DNA of 53,575 bases, the filler included, from Bipalium vagum (taxonomy: Eukaryota): assembly GCA_037834085.1 (NCBI GenBank). It is 3 parts of 3 records of this genome, joined end to end, with 100 filler letters (N's around TTAATTAATTAA, not from the genome) between each part and the next. Parts side by side here need not be neighbours in the genome. Positions count along the whole stretch, not along the records: positions 17,241 to 35,680 come from JBBMKC010029351.1; 2 more parts are not named here. One strand, 5' to 3'. How positions within the stretch are numbered: the first letter of the stretch is position 1; every line of letters starts with the position of its first letter. The translations under genes were made by a program, and so were the position numbers. Below the pieces are notes generated by a model. That model ran no database searches. It had not been told where the DNA came from and saw nothing but the letters and a program-made list of their open reading frames with translations. Below are positions 21,701 to 34,979 of the stretch, in pieces.

Positions 21701-24700
21701 GTAAATTTGCAGTGTGTGGAAAATTCCCCCCCGTAAAAATTCTTTTTGGTAAATTTTGAATAAATATGAATAAATAAATATTTAATAAATAAACCAAATA
21801 TTTATTTAATATATTTTTTATACATGATACATATTGTTAATATGCCTCACAATTGTCTCAAAACACCTATTCTTATGTTGATATTTCCACAAGAAATCGG
21901 TGATATACGAATATAAATGATGTCTATGAGTACCATATCTGGTTCTGTGTTTTTCTAATTTCTGCAAAATTGACTCCATGGTGTTATTGTATGCAAGTCT
22001 TATGGGGTCCACAAAATGCTCACTGTGATTATCAGTTGCATGGGTATATCTTTGATTCAAATCAGAAATCCCTCCTTATATGTCCGGGACCGCACGCGCG
22101 CTACAATGGCAGTATCAACGAGTATTTTCCTAGCTAGAAATAGCCGGGTAATCTGTTAAAACACTGTCGTATCAGGGATAGTGGATTGAAAATTTTCCAC
22201 TTGAACGAGGAACTCCTAGTAAGCGCATGTCACTAGCTTGCGCTGATTACGTCCCTGCCCTTCGCTACTACCGATTATGTGTCATCAGTGCGATCTTCTA
22301 CTGGAATGAAGAAAACTTTGCGGGTTTCTCGCTCTACTCTCCCAAAAAGAGAGTAGAAATAGAAATCTAGACTGTTCTAGATCATTGGCCCAGAAATAAA
22401 TCAAATAAATTAGATTTCAAATCAAATCAATGTTATCATAAAATTATTTAATAAAAAATCAAAAATATTATTCATATTTATTCAAAATTTACTAAAAAAT
22501 TTTTTTGCGCAGGGTATTCTCTAAAAGTGCTCATGTTTTGGCCTCAACAACTGCGAAATATTGGTATAATAAATTTGAAAATGGCACATTTGACCTTCAA
22601 GACAGGCCACATACCGATCATCCATCCAATTTCGATGATCACCAATTGATCAAACTGCTGGAAGTGGACGATCGTCAACATGCAGGGAATTGTCACAAAA
22701 GTTGAATAGCCATCCAATGACAATCTTCCGTCACCTAAAATCAAATAGTTATTGTCAAAAGATTGGTTCTGAGTACCATATGGGCTCAATGAAAAAAATC
22801 AGAAAGTCTTAAAATTGCTGCTCAAAATCTTGCCAAACACCGAGCAGCATGCGGCCAAAAAGAGCATTTTCATCGAATCATAACAGGGGATGAAAAAGGG
22901 TGTCTCCATAAACTTAAAGTATAGGAAGGAATACGCGGCTCCTGGTTGCACAGGTACGTCCAGAATTAAAACAGAATTGCATCTAAAAATGGTGGAATTG
23001 GAATGGTCTGATACACTGGGAAATATTTCCAAACTGCAAGACAAACTTCTATTCATAAATCAATTGCGTCGAGTAAACGATATTATTAAAATGAAATACC
23101 AGTATAAACTAGCCAAAGTGATTCTTCATGATAATGCCAGACCACACACAGCAAATATTACCAAAACCACCCTCTAAGAGCTCGATTGGTCGGTTCTTCT
23201 ACACCTTGCGTATTCTCCGGATCTTGCGCCAATTGATTTTTATCTTTTCCGCTCGCTGTCAAACCAAATGAAATATATTACTTTTCAGAACGAGGATGAT
23301 CTTAAAATTTGGATAAAAAATTTCTTTCAGAGCAAATCTAGCAATTTCTGGAATAAAAGTTTCGACAAATTGATGTTTTAATTACTTCATTTTATATATT
23401 GTAAAAAATCACGAAAAATTATGTTACAACCTAATATATATATCTTCATTTTGATTTTATTTTGATGTCTTAATTTGTTTTTATATAATAAAATAGTAAT
23501 AATAATAATAATGATAATTAATAATAATAAAAATAAGTAATAATAATAAATAATTAATAATAAAAAATTATAATAAAAAGAAAAAAGTAATACAAAAAGA
23601 GATATCCTTTAATAAAATTCTATGAAATTATTTTTGGACTTGACATTCAAATATCTTTACAAAAATCCAACATAAATGGTATACATAAAAGTAAAATTAG
23701 GAATTTAGTCATAATGAAAAATATTTTAACGTCTTAATTTGAATTTGATAGAAAAAGGTTTAGTTTCATTAATTAGTTTTGTACGAATTTTTTACTATAA
23801 ATTTTGATTGTACCCAAGTTTTATATAAAGTGAAATGGAAATTTTATATTTTTCCACTTTGTGGTGCCTAATGATGAATCTATTTTCCAAATTGTATATA
23901 AAGTAGCAGTCAAACTTTTTCTGAGTCCTTAATTGTTCTTTAAATTTCCACAGGAAATAATTATTTTCTTAATTGAATGTTATTGAACATTGTTTAGTTC
24001 TTATTAATGTTTATCGTACTTCCTGAATACATATAATATTTTCTATTATGGTTGTATTGTGTTCTGATTTTTTAAATAAAAATTTAAACTACTCTTAACT
24101 TGGTAAACCATTTTAAAAATATTTTTTCTTTGTTTTTTGAGATGTATTTTCTGTTTCTTAACCTAGGTTATAACTATAGTTTCTTGATCACAGAACTGAA
24201 GAAAAAATTCCCAATTGACTTTTTAATATTAAATTTTGATGACTACTGAACTTAAAAATGATATTAAATAATGTCTGGATTACCTACCTAGTTTTATTAA
24301 ATCTAATTATTATCAAAGTAGTGTAAGAGGTTAAAAATTGATATAGGTGTATACAATTTACCAAGGTTTATTTTATGATTTTAAAGAATTATTTAAAGGT
24401 AATTCAAATAAATTTCAATTGCAAATTTTATAAATCGGAAAAAAACATTTATTCAATCGCACATCGTCCAAGGCGGCACTGGTACTGATCATTAGGTCAA
24501 ATAACATCCTTCAAAAGAATTTATTTTCAGCCCAACAACTGTTCTTTCTGATCAATACACTGAACAATAGTTGTGGACTATGTAAAATTTTTAATATAGA
24601 ACAAGGAAAAGAAATTATATGTCGTTAATGCGGAACACATCATTCAACTTACTGAACCACTGATTTCAATTCCATTTTTCTAACTGCAAAACATAGCCAT

Positions 24701-27700
24701 GTTATCGCATTTATATATAGATCTCTGAAAGATTATGGATGTGATTTTGAAATGGACATTAGTCTAATGGAAATAAAGACGTCTTCGTCGGGACTTGATC
24801 GTACTTCTGAAGTATACATTTCAAATTACATAAAATATCAGAAAATTGATGAAGGATTGAGTTGAAATGTTGAATTGAAGGGACAAGATCAATAATTAAA
24901 ATCTAGAAGATCAATATTGGTTAATGCTATAGAATGCTGTTAATATGATAAATTGAAGATAAAAAACAATGAATTATTAAACGAAATAACGAAGACGAAA
25001 TTAATAGTGTTACAAAATAAATTTTAATTTAATTTTCTTTTCTAATCCAGATGAATTCAAGTAAGTGATCCTTAATATTAAATTTTCTATATCATGGTTT
25101 GATTTTTAAGCTTAAGGGTCCCAAGTACCCTCAATTATATTTGTATGTGGCTATTATTTAAATTTGAATAAATATTATTAGGTCATTAAGTATAAAATGA
25201 TGGATTTTTAATCAACATTTGATTTACAAAATAAGAAGCAAAAATCGATATATTCTAAATATTCACCAAAACTACCAACGCAGTTCTATGGTAAATTGTT
25301 TACTCCAGAAGCGAAGAAGTCTGGCGATAGAATGGCGATAAAATCACGAAAAGCGTTTTCGCAGCCACTTCTTTATTGAATATTTTTCTAACCAAGAAAT
25401 GATCCAAAGGTCCGAAGAAATGATAGGCAGTTGGCGCAATATCCGGTGAATAAAGTGGGTGACAGAGTTTCCAGTTCAAACTCCTACAGTTGGAGTAGCG
25501 TTGCTTTGGCAATAGGTGATTGATCGTTGTCTTGCAAGAGAATTGGTTTGACTCCATTAATCAATCTTAGGTGCTTAATAGCGAGCGACTTCATATTCTT
25601 TAATTAGTTACAGTAAAGTCAGAAATCTCCTTCTCAAAACTTATGAAACAATCGCGCGGTACCTTTCGTTTATTGTCGAAATTGCTCCCAAAGTCATTAT
25701 TCATATTTCAATTTGTTTGCTTTGTAATATTTCTACGATTAAACTCGTATTCAAAAATGACACGATTTTCTGAAATATCCATTGTTTAAAAAAGTTACTC
25801 TAAGACTGCCAATTTATAATATAATCAGATATTTAAATGTGTGCTAAATTAATGTGCGAGTTAAATTATTTAAAATATCAAATATCAAACTTTGGATTTT
25901 GCAAATCCGAAATTTCATTCTTAATGACATAATATTTATACACGCGTTATGGGACCGTTGAATGTATGTGCTTGAAATCATCAAAATAATAATTTTTAAA
26001 AAATTGATGAAAATAATCAATATAAATTTTACTAATTTAAATAAAATTTGTAATATTTTAATTTTTATACTTATATAAAAATGAAATTGTACACGCATAT
26101 ATCACTTGAAAATCGTATAATATATTGATTCTTAAATGTTATAATATGTTGATTCTTAACCATTAATATTTTGATTTTATTAAATGGGATAAAAATATTT
26201 GCAGATGGATCTCAAAGACCTATTACTGATGTTTCGTCATTTAAAAGTCAATTGAAATATGATAGTAAGCGTCCAGCAATAATGTTACGACACAAGGAAA
26301 CTAAAGAATTTAATGTCGAAATACTGAAAGTGTATCCCGGTGATATAACGTAAGAGTATTAAATGAATTTATAATGTTATTTAAGAAATAAGTTTAATGA
26401 GTTAAATACGAAATGGGTATTCTAATTCAGATGCAATTAATATTTTAATCTATGAAAATATTCAAATTTTAAAAAAAAGATTATTTTTTATTATACTCAG
26501 AAATTTTTGTAACTACTATGGTTATAACTTATCAGTAATATCGAATTATGTTTTTACAAGATAACACCCTATAAATAAAAATGGGACTTTTTTAAAAGTT
26601 TAATAAAAAAATAAATGGACCAACATATTAGAAAATGATAAAATGATTAGAATTTGTCATAAAATCCTTTATTTATACAAAAATTGTTTGACCTCATACC
26701 TGGCTATATAGTACAGTCTATAGTAAACCTCTGATGTCTTTTCTTGTATATTCTTCAGATTTTTTTTTAAACAATAAGATATTCATTGTTTCGGTTTCTG
26801 AGAATTTTGGGGTCTTCAATATATTTGGGTCTTATTATATGCAGTTCGCTTCAAATCTGCTCAAAAATCTTAAATTGGCCGCGCTTCTGAAACATTTGTC
26901 GGGTTTTCCAATTTTTCAAAAAAAAATCACATCTTCATCTCTAAGATACTTCTGGATCTCTTTTGGGTAGTGAGATTAAGCTAGATCAGGTCAAAATACG
27001 CAATTATCTCATTTCTTGATGAATGACATTAACAGACGCTTAATGCATTCATTAAAGTATACATTTTGGTTAATTTCCTGCTTTGACGTCACAAAAAATA
27101 TGAATTGAAACACCAAAAGATGAAAAGGATATCCAAACCAATACTTTTCCTTCATATTTGGACTTTAATTGATGGTTAACATGATCCGGAGTGGTCTTCA
27201 CTTCATTCGAAAAATAATGGCGGTTTCCAGCTATTGTACTGTTGGATAACGTAAATTAAGATTAATCATCTAAAATAAAATTTTATAAGTATTGTAAAGA
27301 TTTAGACATTTAGGCCTCATTTGTTTCAACTGTAATGATGATCGTTTTGGTTTTATAATTTTCTTAAAGCAGCGTATCTCTTTATGTTTCTTTAAAATCA
27401 TTTTTGTAACAATTTCAGGATGGATTTCGTCGCAATTTTGGGTTGACAACTACTTCCTTTTTTCTTTTACCGTTTACAGCACATGATATTACTCTGTAAA
27501 TAGTTGATTTTGATATGCCTTCATCACTGAAATGCCTTAAAATAAAGTTTATCTCTAAATGTATGTTTTTATTTAAAACATTTACAATACGACTCTTAGT
27601 CATTTCTGAAAATGTAAATAATTTAATATTACTGATATGTTTATCATACTTATATATATAATTTTAAAGATCTTGATTTGCTTATTAAATTAAAATAAGT

Positions 27701-30700
27701 TATTTAAACAATTTGCATATTACATAAAAGTTTTAAAAATTTCAATTTTTTATTTTTAAAATTTATTTATTTAAATTTATTCTTCATTTTTTATCAATAT
27801 ATAAATATATTTTATCATTCTATGTTTGAAAGTATTTTCTATTGTTTTTAAAAATACAGGGCGTGTAAGGTAATTGAGGACATTGATGTCGAAATCGCTT
27901 GCATGTGTTAACTATGTGGTTCTGCCTAATGTTGGAGTATAGTGGCTATAAGCGAATCAAAAGTATTGTGGAAATGTTCATTGACTTCTTTCGCCCCATA
28001 TACAATAGTCTTTAATAAATATCTTTAAAAATTATAAAATATCTATATAGCTCTATATATTTTCATTAATTGCTTTTTCACTTTAGTTAAATCATTGAAA
28101 TGAATAAATTAGAAATAATTTTCACAAATTATTAGTTATAAAAAAAACTTCGGATTTTAAAGGCGTGTAATATTTATTGTTCACGACTATTAATATTAAT
28201 ATTAGTAATAACGATAACAGGTGATAGATTAATTTTTGAAGATAGATTAATTTTTTAAAATTATTACCTTTAACCATTCATTTTTAAAAACAAGTTTAAT
28301 ATTTCAGGGTTATTATTAATCAATGTATTTATTATAAAGATTATTAATGTATATTAATTTTAGATCTCAAATAAATATTTCCTCGTCTCATTACAAAGAA
28401 ATTCCTATTACAAAAGACACAACTTCACGCGAAGTATTGATAACAGCACTTCGAAAATTTAATTGTGAAGTTAGTTCTTCATTCTGAATCAATTTTTTGT
28501 AAATATTGTTTTACTTTTTATATTATTTTCCAGAAAGGTTTAACAATTTTTTGAGATTAATTATAATTTAAATTTAAATATTTAAAGTTCTGATTTAATC
28601 AGTTAGAATATCCATTATGTTTTGAGTACAACATCATTTAATATTTTAAAAAATTTTCCATTTTGAATTTTCCGAATTGCATCTATAATGAATGAGATTT
28701 TAGAACGAAAGTTAAAAATTATTATAACAACTCCTAGCATTATAAATAAATATACACAAATGATGTTAGATTTTTCAGTCTCCTCTTATTTTATTAGAAT
28801 TATGTGTACAAGAAAATTGCATAAGAATAAACAAAATTAAAAAAATATAATTAAAATATCAATTCATTAAAGAGGAAATTAGTTAAATATTGAAATGTAT
28901 AAAAAATAAAAAATAAAAAATAAAAAAAATATTGAAATGTAATATCTAATATTTTTTGTTGATAGTTAATTAGGTTTTTGTCCATTTCATCATATGGAAA
29001 TTGTAATAATAATTGAATTTGGTAATATGAAAAATTTAAAAACATGAAATCAGTTTTAAAGCTGTTAAAAACGAATCGGACCATTTTAAAAAAAAATTTG
29101 GTAAATCCAGACTTTTGTCACTACTGAACTTTGATTTGTTAGTGTAAATATGAGAAAATTGATTTTTAAAATCCCCTTTTTAATTCAATTTTATACCATT
29201 AATTTATAAAACAAATGATAGTTTTTGTGTAGTCACTAATTTTATGAAGGATGCCAAAAAACTTCAAATTTTTCTGTTGTTTTTTGTTTTATAAATAATA
29301 AAAAGATTTTCTAGTTGTGTACAGTAGGAAAAATTAAACTTTCTGTCCTGTTTAGAGTACTTCTATGTAATATTAGGCTTACCAGGCTTAGATAAACTAT
29401 CATTTAAAATAAGAAATGTATATTAGTATTTCTTTATTGTTTTACATGTTATAACAAAACTTTTGAATAAAGCCTAAAGATCTTTGAAGACAATAAGAAA
29501 TATCGATAAATATTAATAAATAAGTCTTCACTTTCACATTACTTTATGTTAATTATATTAAATCAATACTGTAAAACTTATTTTTAAAATGAAAAAAAAT
29601 CATTTAAGTCTTCTTTATTATTACATTTTATTTCAAAAACCCGTTATTTCTATTCTTTTTAGCAATAATAATAAGTGAGTAAAAATATAAATTAAATGTA
29701 GCGTCTCAACCATTCAAAATTTTATTTGGTGGAGGTCTGTATGGATAAAAATGTTACGGAAAGAGAATTGTCGCACGATGAATGTCCTTGGAATGTTATA
29801 CAAAGACTTAAGCAGGAATCGGTTCGATCTTTACGACTGACTAGATTTTATATCAAAGCTTGTGACGATCCTCACGGTCCAGGGGTAGCAATATTTGTTG
29901 GAAATCTTATAGAGAATCTTGATGAAAAAACATATGAAAGGATGTTAATAGAGAAATTGGGTCCACAAAACAAATGGGATAAGATGGATGTTATATATTA
30001 CGAAAACGGTTGCTTGATATTGTCTTACAGTTCCGGCGAAAAAGCTGAAGTGGCCTATGAAATTTTAAAAGTAACTATATTTACAAAAGTTATGCTGGTC
30101 TAAATTACTCTTTTTCTAATTCAAGGACACAATATTAATGGATAAGCAAATAATGGCTATTCTTTTACCAAGAATAATAACTTCATTGATCCCAGATGAC
30201 ATTCAACCTTTATTGGTATTTGTGAATATTAAATCAGGTGGCGGCCAAGGGAATCACTTGATAACGGCATTTAGAAAACTACTCAATCCTCACCAAGTAG
30301 ATTAATTTCCTGTATACCAAAATATTAATATTTATTAAGTTTTTAAATTACTGAAATAATTTATTAATTTCTATTCTTTATGAAATAAAATATTTGACTA
30401 ATTATTTATTTTAGTAAAAACATGATGTCATTAAAAAATTGAATTTGTATCATATATATTTTTAAAAACAAACATCCCTAAATATTTGACTATAAAAATG
30501 TTTTGTTTAAATAACACATGAAATCAAAATGTCCAATTTTATTCCAAACAAAAATTTTTGCAAGAAATTTTACTTATTGCGAAAAAACGCATCAAAAATA
30601 CATCTTGTTGCTCTTAGAAATTTATGATACACATATTCTTTCTACTACGACATACAAGAATTGGTTATGTCGATTCAAAAATGAAGGAGGACAAAGACCA

Positions 30701-33700
30701 TGGTAAACCAAAAAATTTCTGAAGATTAAAAAAATGGTAATTTTATTACATAAAGACAAATGTTTAACATAATTTGATCTGATCGATGTATTAAATATAT
30801 TTCACATTGTCTGAGAAGAATGGAAAAAATTATTAAGTTAGGAACTTCGATTTAACATAGATTGACAAAAAGAGTAATTGAGGATCGAAATATAATTCAT
30901 CATGTCCCACTTCAAAGACCAGAAAGATAATCTTTTTGAATGGAATGGTTACGGAAATGAAAAATAATATGTATTATGATAGACCTAAACACAAAAAAAA
31001 AGTGGATGAAGTCTGTACATCAACGACAAAACAGAATGTCCATGAATCTAAACTTCTGTATATCTGATGGAATCAAGGTGTTATCTATTATGACGTGCTA
31101 AAACTATTAGAAACCATAACTGGTTATAAAGCCAATTAATCCTTTAGAAACGAGGTCTGATTGTAAAAATAATAAGGGCCGGACATACATGAAAAAATAT
31201 ACAGTAGCGCTCAAAATTTAGTTGACACTGAAAATATGTGCTTTTATGAAGTTTTTTTTATTTTGACTACCCAAACAAATATATAAATATATGCGTTTTC
31301 GTAAAGGTTAATAAAATCAATCAAACGAAAATTGTATTGAAATTGATATTAAATAAATGAAATATTCAAGAAAATATGCAATATTAAGAGTTCATAAATT
31401 AGTTGCCATTGAAAATGTAACACCGAGAAACGTTTAATAATATATTACACGAATTTTAAAAAAATTTATTATTAATACAAGTGATCCAAAATATTTAGTA
31501 GCATAACCATTGGAAGCGATAACAGTTGCACATCTGCGAAGCAGAGTCAACAAGTTTAATCAATTTTTCTAAGGAATTTTAATTCAACTTTCCTGTAAAT
31601 TTTTAAAGAAATCTTGTTTATTGGATATCTTTTTAACGGATGGTACGATCTATCTCCTTCCATAAATGCTCAATCGGATTAAGGTCCGGACTCTGACTAG
31701 GCCACTTCAATAACATGGATTTTGTTACGTTCTAGCGTTTTTTTAATGACGTTGGATATGTGTTTGGGATCGTTATCATGCTGAAATATCCAGCCTTCTT
31801 TCATGGTTTCATGTGCAATCGGAATCATTGTATCCTTAATTATGGTATCATATATTTTCATGTTCATGATGCAGTTTATTTGAATAAGAGGTCCGACTCC
31901 ATCTCTGGAAAAACAATCCCACACCATGACATTTCCTCCACCTTGTTTAATAGTCGGAACCTGATATCTTGAATTAAATCTTTGGTTAACAGATCAACGA
32001 ACATATAGAATACCATCACTAGATAGCAAATTAAATTTGCTTTCGTCACTCCAAAGCATCTTAGACAAATCTTGAATTGTCCAATCTTTATGAAGGCGAA
32101 CAAATTCCAATCGGGTCATTCGATTTTTCTTCGAATCCATTTATTATCTGAAAGATGTTGAAAATGTCCTTGTTAATAAAAAATATTTTATGTCAAAATA
32201 TAAAACGTTTTTAAATAAAACTTTCTTTAGATAAAAAAACATCCGGTTTCATACTTATACAATATTATTTCTTTTATTTTGACAGAATAAAAGAATAATT
32301 TTTTAAAAGTTAATTTATATTTTATTAATTAATGAATCTAAATTGTTTTTAGTTCTTTGGAATAATTTTTAAAATGTATTGTTAAAGTTATTTTTAAAAA
32401 TTAAATGTTTCTTTTAAAATAATAAATCCATTTTCCCTAGTAATCAATGATATTGATAATCTAAAGAACCGTACTAAATAAAAATAATATGAAATATTTT
32501 GTTTTTTATTATTTTATTTTCTTGAAGTTCGACAAAGTTAGAATACATTTATTTTGCAAATTATCAATTTTTACTTATAGGTTTGTAATCAACAAACTTT
32601 TATTGAATCTCTTAAAAGTAGAATTTGAAATGTATTTAAATAAATATTTATCAAATTATGAAAAAAACATTATAGATTAACCGATTCCCCATTTGACATG
32701 TACAAAGGTTTTTTGTATGGAAATATAGCCGGAGATGAAAAAAAGATATATTATTATTACAAAAGTTAGTGGGTAAATCCTGGAGAATTGGGATCATCAC
32801 AGTCAAAAAGAAATATTCATTTTCACAAGGTCCTCCTATGAATATTGTAGCTTGTGCAGAGAGAGTTATACTCTGAAAAAAAACTATTGAGTTATAGGGC
32901 CGCCAAATATACAATTGGACGAGAAATTAATGCCAAACGTCCGTATTCTGCAACTAAAAAGAATAAAGTACTCCAGGATGACAATGTCAGACTATATTTG
33001 GTATTAAAAACGAAAGGATACTTAAATTATAGGTTCTAAGTAAAATTTCCGAGTAGTAATTAGAGTCAAAAAGAACCTATTTTCCATTTTCGTACAAGTT
33101 TTAAATGTCATTTTTGAGATTTGTGGTATTATGTTAGTTTGTAGTGGGTTAGTCTACTAACCAATAATGGACCTCAGCGTTGAAATTTTTTCGATCATTT
33201 CTTCTTGCTGACCTAAACTAAAAATTCTAGCTGAAAATGTTACCAGATACCGAGTAGAATTCGACTACAAGGAATCTTTTCTTTTTCGATTTATCACCAT
33301 AAATGAGAAATGGTGTTTGGGTAAAAATTTGAAAAATGGAAATGAATGGTTTGCTCATATTAAAACATATGTCCAAAATTAAATAGGATTTACATCTTAA
33401 GAAAATGTTGATCTCTGTTTGGCGGAATCTGGTAGATCTCATATACTAGGAAATGATTCAGAAAAACTAGAAAATCGACAAGTACCTATACATGAATTAA
33501 TTTCGTTAAATAAACGAAATTATGAAAAAAGGAAAGATAGTCTGAGCCAGTAAAAGTCATTCTTCTTGAAGATAACTTGAAACCAAACACAGGAAATACC
33601 GCCTAATCTACTCCAAAGAGCTCGATTAGAGGGTTTCAACACCCTTTGCATTCCTGAGAACTTGCAACAACATATTTAAATCTTTTTGCTCGCTTTGTAA

Positions 33701-34436
33701 CCAAATGAAAAGCATTATTTTTGAGGAAAAACCTTTAAAATTATTTGACAAATTTTCTCTGAATTATTGAAAGGCCGTCGACCAACATGGAAATTACTTG
33801 ATTAAATAAGGAGTTGAATTTCTCTTAAACATAAATTATATTAGAAAAAAAAGAATTTTTCAAAATTTCTTCTTATGTATTGCGATGTATTTTATAGGTT
33901 TTTAATTTGGATTTCGGTGGTCCACTTCCTGGTTTATATTGCTTTCGTAATTTGAAATCTTATAAAATACTCGTTTGCGGTGGTGATGGTACAGTTGGGT
34001 GGGCTTTATCTTGTCTTGATAGTACTAGTCAAGATGCTACATGTGATTCTCCACCTATTGCAGTTTTACCAGTTGGTACTGGAAATGATTTGGCACGAGT
34101 GCTTAATTGGGGTGGTGGTTACACAACGGAAGACCCTTATTCGATTTTGAAAGATGTTGTTATAGCTGAAAATGTTAAATTAGATCGGTTAATATTGAAT
34201 TTATCAATTTATGGATTTATGTGTCTGTTAAGTTGGACACTAGTGGTACGTTCAGACGATGGAGAAAAGGATGAGGCTAAATTAGCTTTGCAACTAGAAA
34301 CAAATGTATGTAATACAAATGAAGACAATTCTATTCTTATTATTATGAACAATTACTTCGGAATCGGTATTGATGCTGATCTGGCCTTGGATTTTCATAA
34401 TGCCCGATCTGAAAATCCTGAAAAGTTTAATAGCAG
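18781..34436 (+). CDS. DGKQ: Diacylglycerol kinase theta, partial at both ends; exons 18781-18912, 19486-19630, 20693-20797, 21108-21275, 26205-26349, 28364-28469, 29702-30070, 30126-30296, 33898-34187, 34233-34436
   Basis: Third C1 domain [21 protein letters not shown]...CEWCGITSHAGC, LLPP extension, KVFDGN and KVYPG RA-like segments, AIFVGNL RRM-like segment, catalytic [14 protein letters not shown]...[39 protein letters not shown], accessory [11 protein letters not shown]...KFNSR. Intron phases are consistent throughout, given one GC donor at 21276. Confidence 0.95.
19850..20480 (+). mobile_element. Merlin transposase relic in DGK intron
   Basis: KIGGPG / IEIDESL / KYRRGRK / LPGTIII..LSAY / TQNI.VQW across frameshifts; ends approximate. 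Confidence 0.75.
21718..22522 (-). mobile_element. Internally deleted Merlin element (~805 bp) with ~55-bp TIRs
   Basis: Left end ggaaaattccccccgtaaaaattctttttggtaaattttgaataaatatgaataa matches the reverse complement of the right end (inner ~25 bp identical). ORF 21818-22060 ([12 protein letters not shown]....NTMES......[17 protein letters not shown]) is the Merlin transposase C-terminus. No clear target-site duplication. Confidence 0.85.
22074..22305 (+). pseudogene. 18S rRNA gene fragment (3' major domain to start of helix 44), non-functional
   Basis: Conserved eukaryotic SSU blocks in order: CCTTAtATGTCCGGG.CCGCACGCGCGCTACA, GGGTAATCT, GGGATAG, TGAACGAGGAA.TCCTAGTAAGCGC, GCTGATTACGTCCCTGCCCT, TCGCTACTACCGATT. 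The 16-nt TTGTACACACCGCCCG block is deleted. Confidence 0.92.
25178..25800 (-). mobile_element. mariner relic, internally deleted
   Basis: N-terminus [16 protein letters not shown] at 25782; [16 protein letters not shown] in ORF 25300-25557; TA+ttaggtc terminus at 25176-25184. Confidence 0.8.
26563..27867 (-). mobile_element. IS630-Tc1-mariner DD37E-type transposon relic
   Basis: [19 protein letters not shown]; FILDD*S*FTLS; F*PDLA*SHY...[14 protein letters not shown] with 37 residues between the second D and the mutated E after correcting one homopolymer frameshift. Ends approximate. Confidence 0.72.
30520..31200 (+). mobile_element. mariner relic (mauritiana-like), cut by a Tc1 insertion at 31202
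   Basis: [21 protein letters not shown] and later GVIYYDVLK-like segments in broken frames. Confidence 0.7.
31202..32140 (-). mobile_element. Tc1 (DD34E) transposon relic
   Basis: [45 protein letters not shown]; TA+CAGT terminus at 31200-31205. Confidence 0.88.
32690..33040 (+). mobile_element. mariner relic
   Basis: IAGDEK, WVNPGE and LQDDNVR (degenerate HDNARPH) in order. Confidence 0.65.
33260..33810 (+). mobile_element. mariner relic (catalytic and C-terminal part)
   Basis: [13 protein letters not shown] ... LLEDNLKP ... VDQHGNYLI* in broken frames; resembles the 21449-23434 family. Confidence 0.65.
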
Positions 34437-34979
34437 GTAAATTAAAATTCCTTTTTAATTTTATTCAAATATAATTGTTCATTATATATGTGAAAATTTA
34501 ATTAAAAATCTTAACAAAGTAAATGTAATAATATGTTGCGTGAAGGGAAGTTTTTTGTAATTTTGTTTAAAATATTTAAATATTTGAAATAAGAGTTATA
34601 AATAAAATAAGAAACTTTAACAGGAAAATTATTGCTCGATGATTTACTATGATCTTAAAATATCACTTACACCGAAGAATTTTCCAGATTGACTTCATTT
34701 AGTTTTTCAAAATGGGACACGGATTTCATTAGATGTTGTCTGTCAACATCCAATTTAGTCACAAATATTGATTGAAATGATTGTAGAGATCATATATAAC
34801 ATCGTGAAATTGAAATATTCAGTGAAGTAATAGGAGTAATAAGATTTAATAAGTAAAAAGATAATAATAAGTAAAAAGATGTTGTTTTTATAAGATGCAA
34901 CATTATCAGAATTTACTGGTTTCACTAATAATTAATTTTATTTATCTATTCAATTTATAAATCATTAATATATTATTTT

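Larger units (their letters stand above)
21449..23434 (+). mobile_element. mariner element with both TIRs and TA flanks, interrupted by a Merlin insertion
   Basis: TIRs ttaggttgtaaca..atttttc.tga at both ends, flanked by TA. Transposase pieces HFRHLL..RGKK.AEA (before 21718), [17 protein letters not shown] (after 22522), [23 protein letters not shown]. Confidence 0.9.

Noticed and set aside
22074-22305. A functional rRNA locus
   Set aside because: Only ~230 nt, the universal block is deleted, there is no adjoining ITS, 5.8S or 28S, and it sits inside transposons.
26850-27000. TGA at conserved Trp positions in transposases, suggesting a TGA=Trp code
   Set aside because: Host genes use TGG for Trp, and both PTRH2 and FZR1 end in TGA. 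The same relics also carry TAA stops and frameshifts, so this is mutational decay.
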